Shown: positions 12,470 to 25,679, numbered from the stretch's first letter. The stretch is 64,000 bases of DNA from Octopus sinensis (GCF_006345805.1 NC_043013.1:7068001-7132000); one strand, 5' to 3'. The notes: generated from the sequence alone by a model not told the origin. A program made the numbers and translations.

Positions 12470-12715
12470 TATCTTTTATCTTTCACTCGTTTGAGTCATT
12501 TTGACTGCGGCCATGCTGGGGCACCGCCTTGAGAAGGTTTAGTCCCCCCCAAAAAAAAATCAACCCCATTATTCATTTTCTTTTTAAGCCAAGTACTTAT
12601 TTTATCGGTCTCTTTTGCTGAACCACTAAGTTACGGGGACATAAGCACACCAAAACCGGTTGTCAAGCGATGGTGGGGGTCAAACACAGACACGAAGACA
12701 CACACACATAGATGT
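12470..12715 (-). mobile_element. SINE family B, 3' half
   Basis: GACTGCGGCCATGCTGG...GCACCGCC and CTTGTCAAGCGATGG motifs. Confidence 0.75.
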
Positions 12716-12732
12716 ATGAGTGTATATATATA

Positions 12733-12768
<36 letters not shown>

Positions 12769-12930
12769 ATATATATATACACACACACACACACATACAG
12801 ACCACACACACACACACACACACACACACCAATGAAAAAAGACAAAGAAAATTCTTTAACACATCTTTAATTATAAGTCAGAAATGTTTCCATACCATCT
12901 TCATTTGCAACGCCAGTTTACGCGAAAAAT

Positions 12931-13317
12931 GTGGAGGCGCAATGGCCCAGTGGTTAGCGCAGCGGACTCGCGGTCATAGGATCGCGGTTTCGATTCCCAG
13001 ACCGGGCGTTGTGAGTGTTTATTGAGCGAAAACACCTAAAGCTCCACGAGGCTCCGGCAGGGGATGGTGGTGATCCCTGCTGTGCTCTTTCACCACAACT
13101 TTCTCTCACTCTTACTTCCTGTTTCTGTTGTACCTGTATTTCAAAGGGCCAGCCTTGTCACTTTCTGTGTCACGCTGAATATCCCCGAGAATTACGTTAA
13201 CGGTACACGTGTCTGTGGAGTGCTCAGCCACTTACACGTTAATTTCACGAGCAGGCTGTTCCGTTGATTCGGATCAACCGGAACCCTCGTCGTAGTAACC
13301 GACGGAGTGCTTCCATT
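12931..13317 (+). mobile_element. tRNA-derived SINE family E
   Basis: A box TGGCCCAGTGG, B box GGTTTCGATTCCC, body shared with 15830-16140. Confidence 0.85.
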
Positions 13318-13359
13318 ACGCGAAAATTCTCAAAGAAAAATCATGTAATCTGTTGTGTC

Positions 13360-13500
13360 TGCAGAGAGTAATTTTCTTTTTGTGCCTTATAATTTAACAC
13401 ACGCACCGGTAAAATTTCCACTTATTTCTTATTTTATTTTCCTAAAATTTTTGTTGCGTCTTGCAACCTTTTCAAAAGTCTCGACTCTGTCCGTTATTTG
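13360..13500 (+). repeat. Unclassified interspersed repeat end
   Basis: GAGAGTAATTTTCTTTTTGTGCC... matches the reverse complement of ~19035-19195. Confidence 0.6.
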
Positions 13501-14282
13501 CACTGCGTTCCTTTTTGTTTGTTTGTGCGCATGTGTGTGTGTGTCTATGCATGCATGTACGTGTATATGTATATGTGTATGTATACATGTATGTGTGTGC
13601 ATCTGTATGTATGTATTCTGCATATTCATGTGCTTGCATGTCCGTGCTTGTGTACTTTTTATGCATGTGTGTGTGTGTGAGCGTGTGTTTGTATATGTAT
13701 GCACCTCTGTCTCCTTGTGTGTGCATGTCTCTGAGTGTGTGTCTGTGTTTTGCAACTATGTACCATGCTTGTATGTATGGATGTGCATCTCTATATGTGT
13801 GGACACGTGTCTCCATATGTGTCCTTGTGTGGAGTGAAGTGTGTGTGTATATATGGTCATGTATTTCAGTCTCCATTTGCGTATGTGTGCTTGTCTATTC
13901 ATATAACCTATGTACCTATCCGTCTGTATGTTGATCTGTTTATTTTCATATCCATTTTGCGGTTTTAGACATTGTAGAGGAGGGGCACTTCATCAGACTT
14001 ACACCAAAGGTGTGCTATTACATTGTGCGTCCTTCAGACTTTGTTGATAGGAAAGTATCGGGAGGAAATTAAAAAAAAGGAAAAGTTAAAAGTGTGTATG
14101 CGGGGAAGATATTATGTGAGGATGGGGGTCAAGGAGGTAGATACATATAATGATAGGAGGGAGAAAGGGAAGTGGGGGTGAAACGATCAGAAGGAGACGA
14201 ATGGAAGTAGAAGGAGGGGGAAAAGGAAGGAGAAAACACGGAAGAAGAAGAAGAAGAAGAAGAAGAAGAAGAAGGAGAAGAA

Positions 14283-14700
14283 GGCATAGGAGTGGCTGTG
14301 TGGTAAGTAGCTTGCTTAACAACCACTTGGTTCCGGGTTCAGTCCCACAACGTGGCACTTTGGGCAAGTGTCTTCTACTATAGCCTCAGACCGACCAAAG
14401 CCTTGTGAGTGGATTTGGTAGACGGAAACTGAAAGAAGCCCGTCGTATATATGTATTTGTGTGTGTGTATGTGTGTGTGTGTGTGTGTGTTTGCGTGTCT
14501 GTGTTTGTCCCCCCAACATCGCTTGACAACCGATGGTGGTGTGTTTACGTCCCTGTAACTTAGCGGTTCGGCAAAAGAGATCCTATAGAATAAGTACTAA
14601 GCTTACAAAGAATAAGTCCTGGGGTCGATTTGCTCGACTAAAGGCGGTGCTCCAGCATGGCCAGTCAAATGACTGAAACAAGTAAAAGGGTAAAAGAGTA
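14283..14700 (+). mobile_element. SINE family B, full length with internal (TG)n
   Basis: Head GGAGTGGCTGTGTGGTAAGTAGC, B box GGTTCAGTCCC, tail GACTGAAACAAGTAAAAG. Confidence 0.92.
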
Positions 14701-14861
14701 TATAGCAAAAACAGTTTATCGAGTCGTATGCTGGCGGTCGGTCAGCCAGTAAAACCAGAACCATTGTGAGCGAAATTCGTCCGATGGAAGATGTATTTGA
14801 CCACAGAACGGCATCGCTACCAACTAAGCCTTTTATATTTTCTCTCTCTATTTCTGTGTTC

Positions 14862-14896
14862 TTTTCTGTTGAAGAGCGCAGGCTCAAAACGTAAAA
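14862..14896 (+). ncRNA. Degenerate hammerhead, CUGUUGA variant
   Basis: UUUU-CUGUUGA-A-GAGC-GCAG-GCUC-AAA-ACGU-A-AAA (G12 changed to A). Confidence 0.45.
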
Positions 14897-14997
14897 TACT
14901 TTCTCACTTCCCGAGCGTTAAACTAATACATCTGTTTGTTGTTTACACACCCGTCTTCGTCTTTTGTTTTGTTTGTTTGTTTTTTGTAAATTCCAAC

Positions 14998-15420
<423 letters not shown>

Positions 15421-15829
15421 CAAGCTTATAAGCCTCACTCCAAACAGGATGACGTGAATCAGCGAAACTTTACCTGCTAGAATTCCACTGGGAATTCCGC
15501 AGTGTTCGTTGAATTTGTAATGAATGAGAGAAACTGGAAAAGGAGATCACGAGAATCCTTATTCAGCACAACGATCGTTTTGACCTATCTCGCATCGGAC
15601 CCTTGCCGGCGGGATATTGTACAACTGATTGTGTTGCATCCTATAGTGCAGATGCATCCCATAAGCTGTCTTGTTTTAAAGAAGATTAGAGATAACTAAT
15701 GACAACTGGAGGGTGTAGCGCGACCAGCTGTACAAAGAACCAGTGCAAAATGGGTCGAAACGATCGTTGTGATGAGTGAATTCCATTTAACGTTTCCTTC
15801 AGTCATTATATATATATATATATATATAT

Positions 15830-16140
15830 CACCGTGATCACCGTGACCGACCAGGCTATCAGATGGTGCTACACATTGCTGGTCACAATGCGTTTCGCAT
15901 TGTTTTAGCCTTTAAATGACGCCACCGCGCTGGCTAAGCGAGCAGGCCAACAGAAGAAAGAGTGAGGGAAAGTTGTGGTGAAAGAGTACAGCAAGGATCG
16001 CCACCATCCCCTGCCGGAGCCTTGTGGAGCTTTAGGTGTCTTCGCTCAATAAACACTCATAACGCCCGGCCTGGGAATCGAAACCGCGATCCTACTACGC
16101 GCGAGTCCGCTGCCCTAACCACTGGCCGTGCGCCTCCACA
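15830..16140 (-). mobile_element. SINE family E copy
   Basis: Head and body are the reverse complement of 12931-13100. Confidence 0.8.
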
Positions 16141-16249
16141 TATAATATATATACATATATATATACATATATACATATATATATATACATAGATACATAC
16201 ATATATATATTATATATAATATATATATATATAATATATATATAATATA

Positions 16250-16300
<51 letters not shown>

Positions 16301-16721
16301 GAGAAGAGAAAGAGAGAGAGAATATGGTGAGTTTTTGTCCGGATGACTCAAACTAATAGGAATGCGTTCTGAGTGCCCAAATTATTGTGCTACCAGCATT
16401 CCAGTTAGAACAGCAATTGAAGTTGTGGTTGCGTTATTGTCTTGTTCAAAAACAGGACCCATCTGTCTGAGTCAGTAGATATAGTAATGAGGAGAGGCAA
16501 ACAATGCAGGACAAAAACATTTTGTACTATTTTTATCATTCGTAAAGTAGCTAGATTTTAGATTGAATCAAATGAAATTAAATGTCCTATAATATAATCA
16601 AAGTTTGGATAATTGTGCAAAGGCAAATATATCAGAGATTGAAATTGCAACATAGTTTGAGTTTCATGTTTTATTTTGTATGTCTAACAATTTTACAAAT
16701 ATTACATGAGTGGTAATTAAG

Positions 16722-16767
<46 letters not shown>

Positions 16768-16775
16768 ATATATAT

Positions 16776-16920
16776 AGGGGGGGAATTCACAATTAAACAA
16801 AAGACGAAGACTGATGGTGTAGACACAACAAACAGATGTATTAGTATGACGCTCGGAAGAGAAAAACTCGTTAACGTTTCAGGCTACGCTCTTCCCAGAA
16901 AGAAAAAACAAGAAGAGCAG
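16776..16920 (-). mobile_element. Short hammerhead-family element with decayed core
   Basis: Shares the tail CTAATACATCTGTTTGTTG...TCTTCGTCTTTTG with 14900-14990 and 44710-44800; core reads CUGGGAA-GAGC-GUAG-CCU-GAAACGUU. Confidence 0.5.
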
Positions 16921-17087
16921 ATAAATGTTATGGCAACGATCTATATCATGGCAAATGATTATATATATATATATATAATCATATATATTATATATTATAT
17001 ATAATATATTATATAAATAAGTATATATATATATATTATAGATGTATATATCAATGGGTGAATGAATTATCCTAAGAGGCTCTCTTT

Positions 17088-17169
17088 CTTTCCTGATGAG
17101 AAGATTGCATTTTACACCGTTTATTCCTTTGGAATAATACCATGTTGTCTTCGAAACATATCTCGAAAG
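17088..17169 (+). ncRNA. Type I hammerhead, long helix II, one helix III mutation
   Basis: CUUUC-CUGAUGA-GAAGA...UCUUC-GAA-ACAUAUCU-C-GAAAG; paralog of 49693-49775. Confidence 0.7.
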
Positions 17170-17410
17170 TAAAGGAATTTTATTAACATCTTCGTTCAAC
17201 TCCATTTATTTATTTAGTATTCTATATATATATACATATATTTTTATGTATATATATGTTTGTATGTGTGGGTGTGTATAAGTAACAACGCACAGAATTC
17301 CCAGTACTTGAGTTACTTTGTTGCCTTTGCTAAATATTAATAACAGTATACATATATTCTATTTTTTTTCTGTTTGCGTCACCATACATGTGTATGTATA
17401 TATATATATA

Positions 17411-17825
17411 TCTTTTATCTTTTACTTGTTTCAGTCATGAGAGTACGGCCATTTTGGGATACCGTCTTGAAGAATTTTTAGTCGGATGAATCATCTCAGT
17501 ACTTACTTTTGTCAAGCTTAGTACATATACTACCGGTCTCTTTTTGCCGAACCGCTAGTGACGAGGACACACAAAAAAAAACACCGCTTGTCAAGTGGTG
17601 GTGGTGGAGGTCAAACGCAGACACAAACACACTCACACACACACACACACACAAACACACACATATATAGTGAGCTTCTTTCGGTTTCCGTCTACCAAAT
17701 CCAGTCACAAGGCTTTGGTCAGCTCGAGGCTATATTAGAAGACACTCGCCCAAGGTGTCATGTAGTGGGACTGGCACCGGATCTATATGGTGGGGAAACA
17801 GACTTCTTACCACATAACCATTAAG
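17411..17825 (-). mobile_element. SINE family B, diverged
   Basis: Family B motifs on the minus strand. Confidence 0.8.
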
Positions 17826-17962
17826 TATGATACATTGATGACTGCTATAAAGTAGTCATCTGTGTATCATAGTATATATATATATATATATATATACACG
17901 CGCGCACGCACACACATATATGCACTCCATCTGGTAAGAGATAAATATAGATACATAGATAA

Positions 17963-18073
<111 letters not shown>

Positions 18074-18091
18074 TATATATAGAATTTTATT

Positions 18092-18300
18092 GTATTTCTT
18101 TTACTGGTTTCAGTCATTTGACTGCGGCCATGCTGGAGCACCGCCTTTTTAGTCGATCAAATCGACGCCAGGACTTTTTCTTTATAAGCCTAGTATTTAT
18201 CTACCGATCACTTTTGCCGAACCGCTAGTTTACGAGGACGTAAGCACACCAGCATCGGTTGTCAAGCAATGGTAGGGGAAAAACACAAACACACAACTAC
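18092..18300 (-). mobile_element. SINE family B, 3' half
   Basis: TTTCAGTCATTTGACTGCGGCCATGCTGGAGCACCGCC. Confidence 0.8.
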
Positions 18301-18454
18301 AAATATATATATATATATATTATATTATATTATATTAGAGATAAAACCACTACTAGGCAAATCATACAATGAAAAACTTAAGCCAATACATAAGATTATT
18401 TAATTTATATTATTTAAATATATAACAAAATTATTAAAAAAAGATAATTAATAT

Positions 18455-18523
18455 AACACTACGATCGTTTCATGGCTGTTCAACTCTTAAAATTTTCGAG
18501 TTACAGTCATTCATCGGGTGGTT
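18455..18523 (-). ncRNA. Type I hammerhead, CCGAUGA (U4C) variant
   Basis: AACCAC-CCGAUGA-AUGACUGU..AACUC/GAGUU..ACAGCCAU-GAA-ACGAUCGU-A-GUGUU; palindromic helix III, GUA triplet. Confidence 0.65.
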
Positions 18524-18568
18524 TAAATATTTAACTTGGCGAGAGGTTTAATCAATGATATATATATA

Positions 18569-18627
<59 letters not shown>

Positions 18628-19197
18628 TCAAAATAAGCAACAAGGATATCCAAGGTAGAGTAGTACATTTGTTTCATGCTACTTCATGTTCATTCTCCGT
18701 CTGAACATGTTCTTAATGATGAAATTAACCTCTCTGTAAATATATCTACCCTCTTTGTAATGTTGGTAAATGAAATAAGTATAAGAATGTGCATTGTCCG
18801 TTTAATTGAAAAACTCTATATGTGCCTGAAGATTGCTTGACATTTTAAAACTGGTGTAATACTTACCGTGTTTAATAAAATGAAGTAGCATGAAACAATT
18901 GTACTACTCTACCTTGGATATTCTTCTTGCTTATTTTGATTATAATCACCCCATTTGATTTATCTGGATAATATCATACAAAATTCTGGTGCCATATTCA
19001 ACTGAAGTACCATATTCAACTGAATATAAATTTTCAATAGTTTTGACTCAAAACTATAGAGTCAAAAATATTGAAAAGATTGCAAGATGCAACGAAAATT
19101 TTTGGAAAATAAAAATAAGAAAAAAGTGAAAATTTTATCGGTGAGTGTGTTATATTATAAAGCACAAAAAGAAAATGACTCTCCCCAGACACAACAG

Positions 19198-19232
<35 letters not shown>

Positions 19233-19575
19233 TATATATATATCACAATCAAGGAACGGCCATAATAGGCCATTCACCCACTAGAAATAACACCCAAAAG
19301 CTTCAACCGCAAAATACATTAATTCCGTAAACCAGGAGAAAATTAAAAATTAAAAATTAAAATTAAAAATTTTACGGAATTAATGTTATTTTGCGGTTGA
19401 AGCTTTTTGGCTGTTATTCTAGTGGGTGAATGGCCTATTATGGCCGTTCCTTGATTGTGATATTGAACTTAAAATGGTTTATGACTATTTAATTTTTTTT
19501 TTCCCACTAGGCCGCTGGGGGCAAAGGAATTCTACAAAATTTTTTTGCCTCCCTATATTGGATTAAATATATTAT

Positions 19576-19607
<32 letters not shown>

Positions 19608-20276
19608 CTATATGTATGTAATGTATGCATGTATGTATGTATGTATGTATGCATGTATTTATGTATGTATGTATGTATGTATGTATGTATGTCATGTATG
19701 TATGTATGTATAATGTATGTATATTGTGTTTTAAAACACAGGATTGAAACATTATTTAGTAGCTTTTCAGTAAAATGGAGGAATCAACCCCATAGAAAAA
19801 CCTTCAAATTTGAAGTCATTACTATCATTATACCCTTTTTCGTTGTCACAGTATGGCCGAATGGTTAAAATTTCAGGTTCGAGCCGACAGCAAAGCATTT
19901 TGGGCAAATGTCATTTCCTATAGTTTCGGGTCCCCATGATTTACCGAGGGATTGGCTGAACGGAAATTGTACTGAAGCTTATCAGATGGGTTGTACAATT
20001 CGGAAGGCACAGCCTTGTCCCACCTCGTTCCATACTGATTCTAAATGTGATTTCCTTTAACGATACAGCTACCAGTGGAACTCACAGTCACTTACAACGA
20101 CAAGTCAAGGGCAAGTAACTCATTTGATCGAAGAACTGACCTCACGTCGTCGAACGATGGGATCCTCGCTTTTAAAATAATGTATCAAACTTATGTAAGT
20201 AAGATGATCACATAGTTCTAATCTTTTTCTCATATATGTATTGTGTGTATGTACGTACGTATGTTGCATGTGTATA

Positions 20277-20313
<37 letters not shown>

Positions 20314-20323
20314 CATACATATA

Positions 20324-20382
<59 letters not shown>

Positions 20383-20385
20383 CCA

Positions 20386-21163
20386 ATCTATATATATAAA
20401 ACTGTAGTTGTGTGAGTGTCTGTCTCTTTCGATTTAGATTCCTAACTACTCCCACATTGTGCGGTGCAGTTTAACCAAATTCGGGTATCTTATAGTCGTG
20501 ATCCATATCGAGCCCGTCTGAGTATTAGCGCGCGTCTACGATGAGTCTATACGATTTTTTAATAATTAACATCATTTTTTATTCATTTTAATGCATAATT
20601 TTTCTGTGTCGAGTGGCGGCGGAGTGGCGTCCTGGTCACACCTGCACCTGTGTTGTTTTCCCCCTTCTTCCTCTCCCTCCCTCGTGAAGCGTTGGGAAGG
20701 AGTGTAAGAAATCAACGTCGTAAAGCGTTGTCAAGGAGACCAGCGTTCTTTTAGACAGAAATGGCTAAGAAAGCCCAGCCCGTCTGAGTATTAGCGCGCG
20801 TCTACGATGAGTCTACGATTTTTAAAATAATTTAACATCATTTTTTATTCCATTTTAATGCATAATTTTTCGTGTGTCGATGGCGGCGGAGTTGGCGTCC
20901 ATGGTCACACCTGCACCTGTGTTGCTTTTCCCCCTTCTTCCTCCCTCGTGAAGCTGTGGGGAAGGGAGTGTAGGAATCAACGTCGTAAAGCGTTGTCAAG
21001 GAGACCAGCGTTCTTTTGAACAACGACTTCATGGCTTGAAGACACCAAAACAGAAATGGCTAAGAAAGCCCGAATTGGCATCTATAAGGGAAGTAACTCT
21101 CTAAAAATGCTTATATAGTTATTTCCCTTACAAACCCGAGCAACGCCGGGCGATACTGCTAGT
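20386..21163 (-). mobile_element. Helentron/DINE-1-like element with an internal ~270-bp duplication
   Basis: 5' ACTAGCAGTATCGCCCGGCGTTGCTCGGG subterminal hairpin; 3' ...TATATATAGAT; homologous to 34219-34614. Confidence 0.75.
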
Positions 21164-21530
21164 ATATATATAAAACATCAAACAAAATAGATGCGATAAA
21201 TCTTTATCGTTGCTATTTAACCTCTGTTCGTATTAGATAACAGTTGCATTGAGATAATCTGGGAAACCAAACAATCTTACCATTTAAGATTGAACTACAG
21301 CCTATGAGCATACATGCATACATGCATACTTACATATTTATATATATATATGTGTGTTGTGTGTGTGTGTGTGTGTGAGTGTATCTATGCATGTATGTAT
21401 GTATATATGTATGTACTATGTATGTGTGTGTTATGTATGTTTGCATATACAGTACATATGCATATTGCACATTACACGTATGCGAACATACATGCAGTTA
21501 GATACTAAACACTATGAATATATTTGCTTA

Positions 21531-21734
21531 CGAAGGGTGCTTAAAGGTTCCTGATTTTGGGTTTAAAAAAATACAGGAGGATTTGTTAATTATGATATGC
21601 CCCTCTCAGATTCACACGCTTATTGCAGTGGTCCTTCAGTTTTTCTAAGCCCTGTAAAAGGACTCGGAATGTTAGGTCTCCAACCAGGCCTTTTGCAATA
21701 CTCTTAAAGCCAGGAACTTTTCAGCACCCCCTCG
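21531..21734. mobile_element. Mariner-type MITE
   Basis: TIRs CGAAGGGTGCTTAAAGGTTCCTG / CAGGAACTTTTCAGCACCCCCTCG; TA on the left. Confidence 0.7.
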
Positions 21735-21754
21735 CATACACGTATATGCATATA

Positions 21755-22100
21755 TAGGGTGTTCGGGCTAAATTTGACAGTTTGCATAAAGGAAAACAAA
21801 AACACAATGTCCCACCTAAATAAAAAAACATTTTTAAAAATCAAAAAATATCAACTAGGCGCAGAAGTGGCTGTGTGGTAAGTAGCTTGCTTACGAACCA
21901 CATGGTTCCGGGTTCATTCCCACTGCGTGGCACCTTGGGCAAGTATCTTCTACTATATCCTCGGGTCCACCAAAGCCTTGTGAGTGGATTTGGTAGACGG
22001 AAACTGAAAGGAGCCCGTCATATATATATGGTGTGTGTGGTGTGTGTTTGTGGTGTGTGGGTGGTGTGTGTGTGTGTGTTGTGTGTGTGTGTCTGTGTGT

Positions 22101-22137
<37 letters not shown>

Positions 22138-23542
22138 GTCTCTCCAACATCGCTTGACAACCGATGGTGGTGTGTTTGCGTCCCCGTAACTTAGCGGTTC
22201 GGCAAAAGATACCGAGAGAATAAGTACTAGGCTTACAAAGAATAAGTCTTGGGGTCGATTTGCTCGACTAAAAAGGCGGTGCTCCAGCATGGCCACAGTC
22301 AAATGACTGAAACAATTAAAAGAGGAGAAGAGTAGATTATGGCTGGGTGATAACAATTTACTCAAAGAAGCCGCCCTCAGCTTCCACCAAAGCCTCAATA
22401 CAGCCCCGGAACTTGGCGCATGAGTTTCTCACGGTCTATAGGGAAGATCTACGGATATTTCTTTGGTCTTGGCCACCAGCTAAGCTTTGTTGTTGCAGGC
22501 TGAGTGGTTGGTGTCTTTCTCAACCGCACCCAATAATAGTAATCTATTGTAATGGAGGATTCTAATCGGAGGAAATAGAAGGCCCGAAACTGGGACTGAT
22601 GAAGTCGTAGAAATTATTTGGCAACCTCTTCTGACAATTTCGAGAGGTATGGCAAGGAGCCGAATCCTACTGACACACATATGGCCTTCTAGCAGTAGCC
22701 CTCTCCAGCCAGAGTTTGACCACATTCTCAAGCAAATTTTACATGGCCGTTTGAATTAAACCTAAGGTTCTGTTCAAAGATGTAGAGTGACATAACGTCA
22801 ACGTCACTGGAGATACATCGAAAAATCATCAGAGTTTGGTGGAACTTTGTTTTCATTATACGTGGGATATTACATGAATTGTATGCAAGCCATCTATTGT
22901 TTTTGGTGTTGTGCAACTGGCCATAGCAGAAGTCCAGTTAATCAGAGAAGAGCCAGATCCTCCCACGCACAAGGGGATGTCTCGGCTTGTTCAGAATTCT
23001 TTGCCTTCGTTAAGCGGTTCTCCTTAGCCTTGGCTGTTACAATTTGGACCCTTGTGCTTCTTATAAGAGTTGTCCCCATTCAAGACCAGCTTCATGGTGG
23101 CGACTCTAGCACCCATCTCTCTTGCCAAAGCCTGGATTCCTTTGAGCGCATCTTCTACTACCTTGTCCTGCAGATGTTGGATAAATTTCGGTGAGTAAAG
23201 GCAGTCACATTGCCTGCTGTGTCCCTTCCCGCTGTGTCCCTTCCCGCTGTGTCCCTTCCGTAGTCTCCGTTGCAGTAGTTCATGTCACCACTTACAGCCT
23301 TCCTGATGTTCACAGAGTATTGAGCAACAATGATGTTGGTATATTAATACCGGTGCAAATTATTATAGTATAGTTAACTCTTTTTCAATATTCAGGTGGT
23401 TCCCTGTTCTCTATGTCAGCAATCTTTTCTCAGCTAGAACTGTAGGCTCTATGCTCTCCAACACCGCTGACTGTTCACCAGTACATCAAGCTCTTCTGGA
23501 AAAATGAAGACAAAAATCATCAAATTTAGACTGCACACCCTG
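21755..23542 (-). mobile_element. Full-span decayed Tc1/mariner (maT-like) transposon
   Basis: Matching TIRs (T/C)AGGGTGT..G..CTAAATTTGA with TA flanks; remnant YYWGAVEKDTN...IEALVEAEGGFFE; SINE inserted at 21857-22323. Confidence 0.8.
21857..22323 (+). mobile_element. SINE family B nested in the maT element
   Basis: Full head, (TG)n and tail. Confidence 0.92.
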
Positions 23543-23881
23543 TATTTAATTTAAAATGTGTGGAATCCTCACATGCAGTACTCGGAGTTTCCCGGAAGCC
23601 ACAGTTATCCGATTTCCATTCCTAATCAACGCATGTTTCCTCGTTATTCCGCTATCATGTGAAACTATTTCAGAAAAGAAAACTGTACCTGCCGGAAAAC
23701 TCCGAGTAGTTTATGTGAGTGTTCCATATTTGTATTATATATCATTAAATATAGACCTCTATTTCATTAATATTGAGGTCTACTTCGATTGTTATTACAC
23801 ATATATCTTTGTGTGTGTATGTGTGTGTGTATGTGTGTGTGTGTGTGTGTGTATGTGTGTGTGTGTATGTGTTTGTGTAAA

Positions 23882-23912
<31 letters not shown>

Positions 23913-23949
23913 GGGTTCTGTTTTTAATTATTTGAAATCATCCTCTTAG

Positions 23950-24290
23950 AAAAGACGGAGCTGGTTTCCAACAGATACAAAACTGTCGTTGGAAGGTAGA
24001 TAACAGAAACAAATTCATATTTTAAACTTGAGATAAACCTTGCATATTTTTACTGTTCCACTTACAGGTAGTATTTGTAATGTGCAAATTAGGAGGTTGA
24101 TTTCTTTTTCTGGAAACCTCAAGCTTGTCACTTAGGTATACATTCACAAAACCAGGTGCACCAATTATTATTGATATGAATGTGAATTTATAATCTGGAT
24201 ATAGAAACAAGAGGTTTCGGAGCCTTTCTTTGTAGTTAATCTCTTTCCTTTTGATCTTCGAATGTACAAATAGCGAAAGATCTAAAGAAG
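23950..24290 (-). mobile_element. 3' fragment of a REL-endonuclease LINE
   Basis: KEINYKERLRNLLFLYPDYKFTFISIIIGAPG resembles the KxxxY...PIIIGALG C-terminal motif. Confidence 0.5.
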
Positions 24291-24566
24291 AACTAAAGTC
24301 AACAATGTAATCAATAACAACCTTGACGAAGACATTTTTCTTGTTGATATTATCTAGTTGTCATTACTTGCACTATCTCATTGACAAATGCATTATAAAC
24401 TAATTACGAAAGAATGACCCAGACAAACACCAATGAAAGAAGCACATTTAGAGATAAAAAAAAAAACCAAAGTACACTTTTCTGCAAAAGTCAGTTCTAC
24501 TGTAATTATCATATATTAGTCTGACGGTTAGTAAGGAGAGACGCAAATAAGAAAGAAGAAAACAAA

Positions 24567-24611
24567 GGACCACTGATGCGGTCACAGGAGTGTGACGAAA
24601 GAACTCTGGCC
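24567..24611 (+). ncRNA. Degenerate minimal hammerhead
   Basis: CCA-CUGAUGC-G-GUCAC-AGGAGU-GUGAC-GAA-AGAACU-C-UGG (A9 changed to C; imperfect palindrome). Confidence 0.5.
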
Positions 24612-24769
24612 GAAATAAGATTAAGATTAATGTAAAATATAAATAACACCAAATATACAGTGCGTGTGTTTTTATTGGCTAAACTGGCAAAATGACCATT
24701 CCGAAATATAACAATATCTGTTTCAACACACGACTTCACATAAAAAATCTTGCACAACAAATATATAAA

Positions 24770-24886
24770 ACGTATATATATATATATATATATTGTATAT
24801 TATAGTTGTGTGGTGTGTGTATATATATATGTATATATATATATATATATAATCATACATATATATATATATAATATATGTATATA

Positions 24887-24926
<40 letters not shown>

Positions 24927-25138
24927 CATATATATATATACATACATATATATATATACATATATATTATATATACATATATATATACATATATATGTAT
25001 ACATACATATATATATATACATACATATATATATATCAACATATATATATATATATATATATACATATATATATACATAATATATACATATATATTATAC
25101 ATACATATAATATATATACATACATATATATATATACA

Positions 25139-25169
<31 letters not shown>

Positions 25170-25233
25170 ATATACATACATATATATATACATACATATA
25201 TATATATACATACATATATATATATATACATAC

Positions 25234-25302
<69 letters not shown>

Positions 25303-25366
25303 ATATATATATATCTATATATATATATATATTATATATATATTATATATATATATATATATATAT
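24770..25366. repeat. ~600-bp (TA)n/(TACA)n microsatellite
   Basis: Directly visible. Confidence 0.95.
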
Positions 25367-25372
25367 TGATTA

Positions 25373-25455
25373 ACTGTATACGCGTTTTCGGAGTTAGAGA
25401 GAGTGAAAAGTGTAAAATCATATTTCTATTCACTCACTCTCCTCATCAGTACAGT
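25373..25455 (-). ncRNA. Type I hammerhead with one extra A in GAAA
   Basis: ACUGUA-CUGAUGA-GGAG...CUCC-GAAA-ACGCGU-A-UACAGU: 6-bp helix I, ACGCGU palindrome, GUA triplet. Confidence 0.72.
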
Positions 25456-25679
25456 AAGTCAAATTTTTAATTTGAGAGCACTGATAATTAACAAACGTAT
25501 TTGACCAAGCGACATCAAACAGCATATATCCAAAGACCAGCACTTCCGAATTCAAACAGACGAATGAGATCTTGCATTTCTCCTAACTCAGCCACGTATG
25601 CCAACGAGTAAAATACTACTTAGTAAAATTATTAATGAATTAATTAATGAATTTTACCCTTTATTATATATATATATAT

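Noticed and set aside
12931-13010. True tRNA genes (this and the other SINE heads)
   Set aside because: The A/B boxes run into SINE bodies, and the cloverleaves are imperfect.
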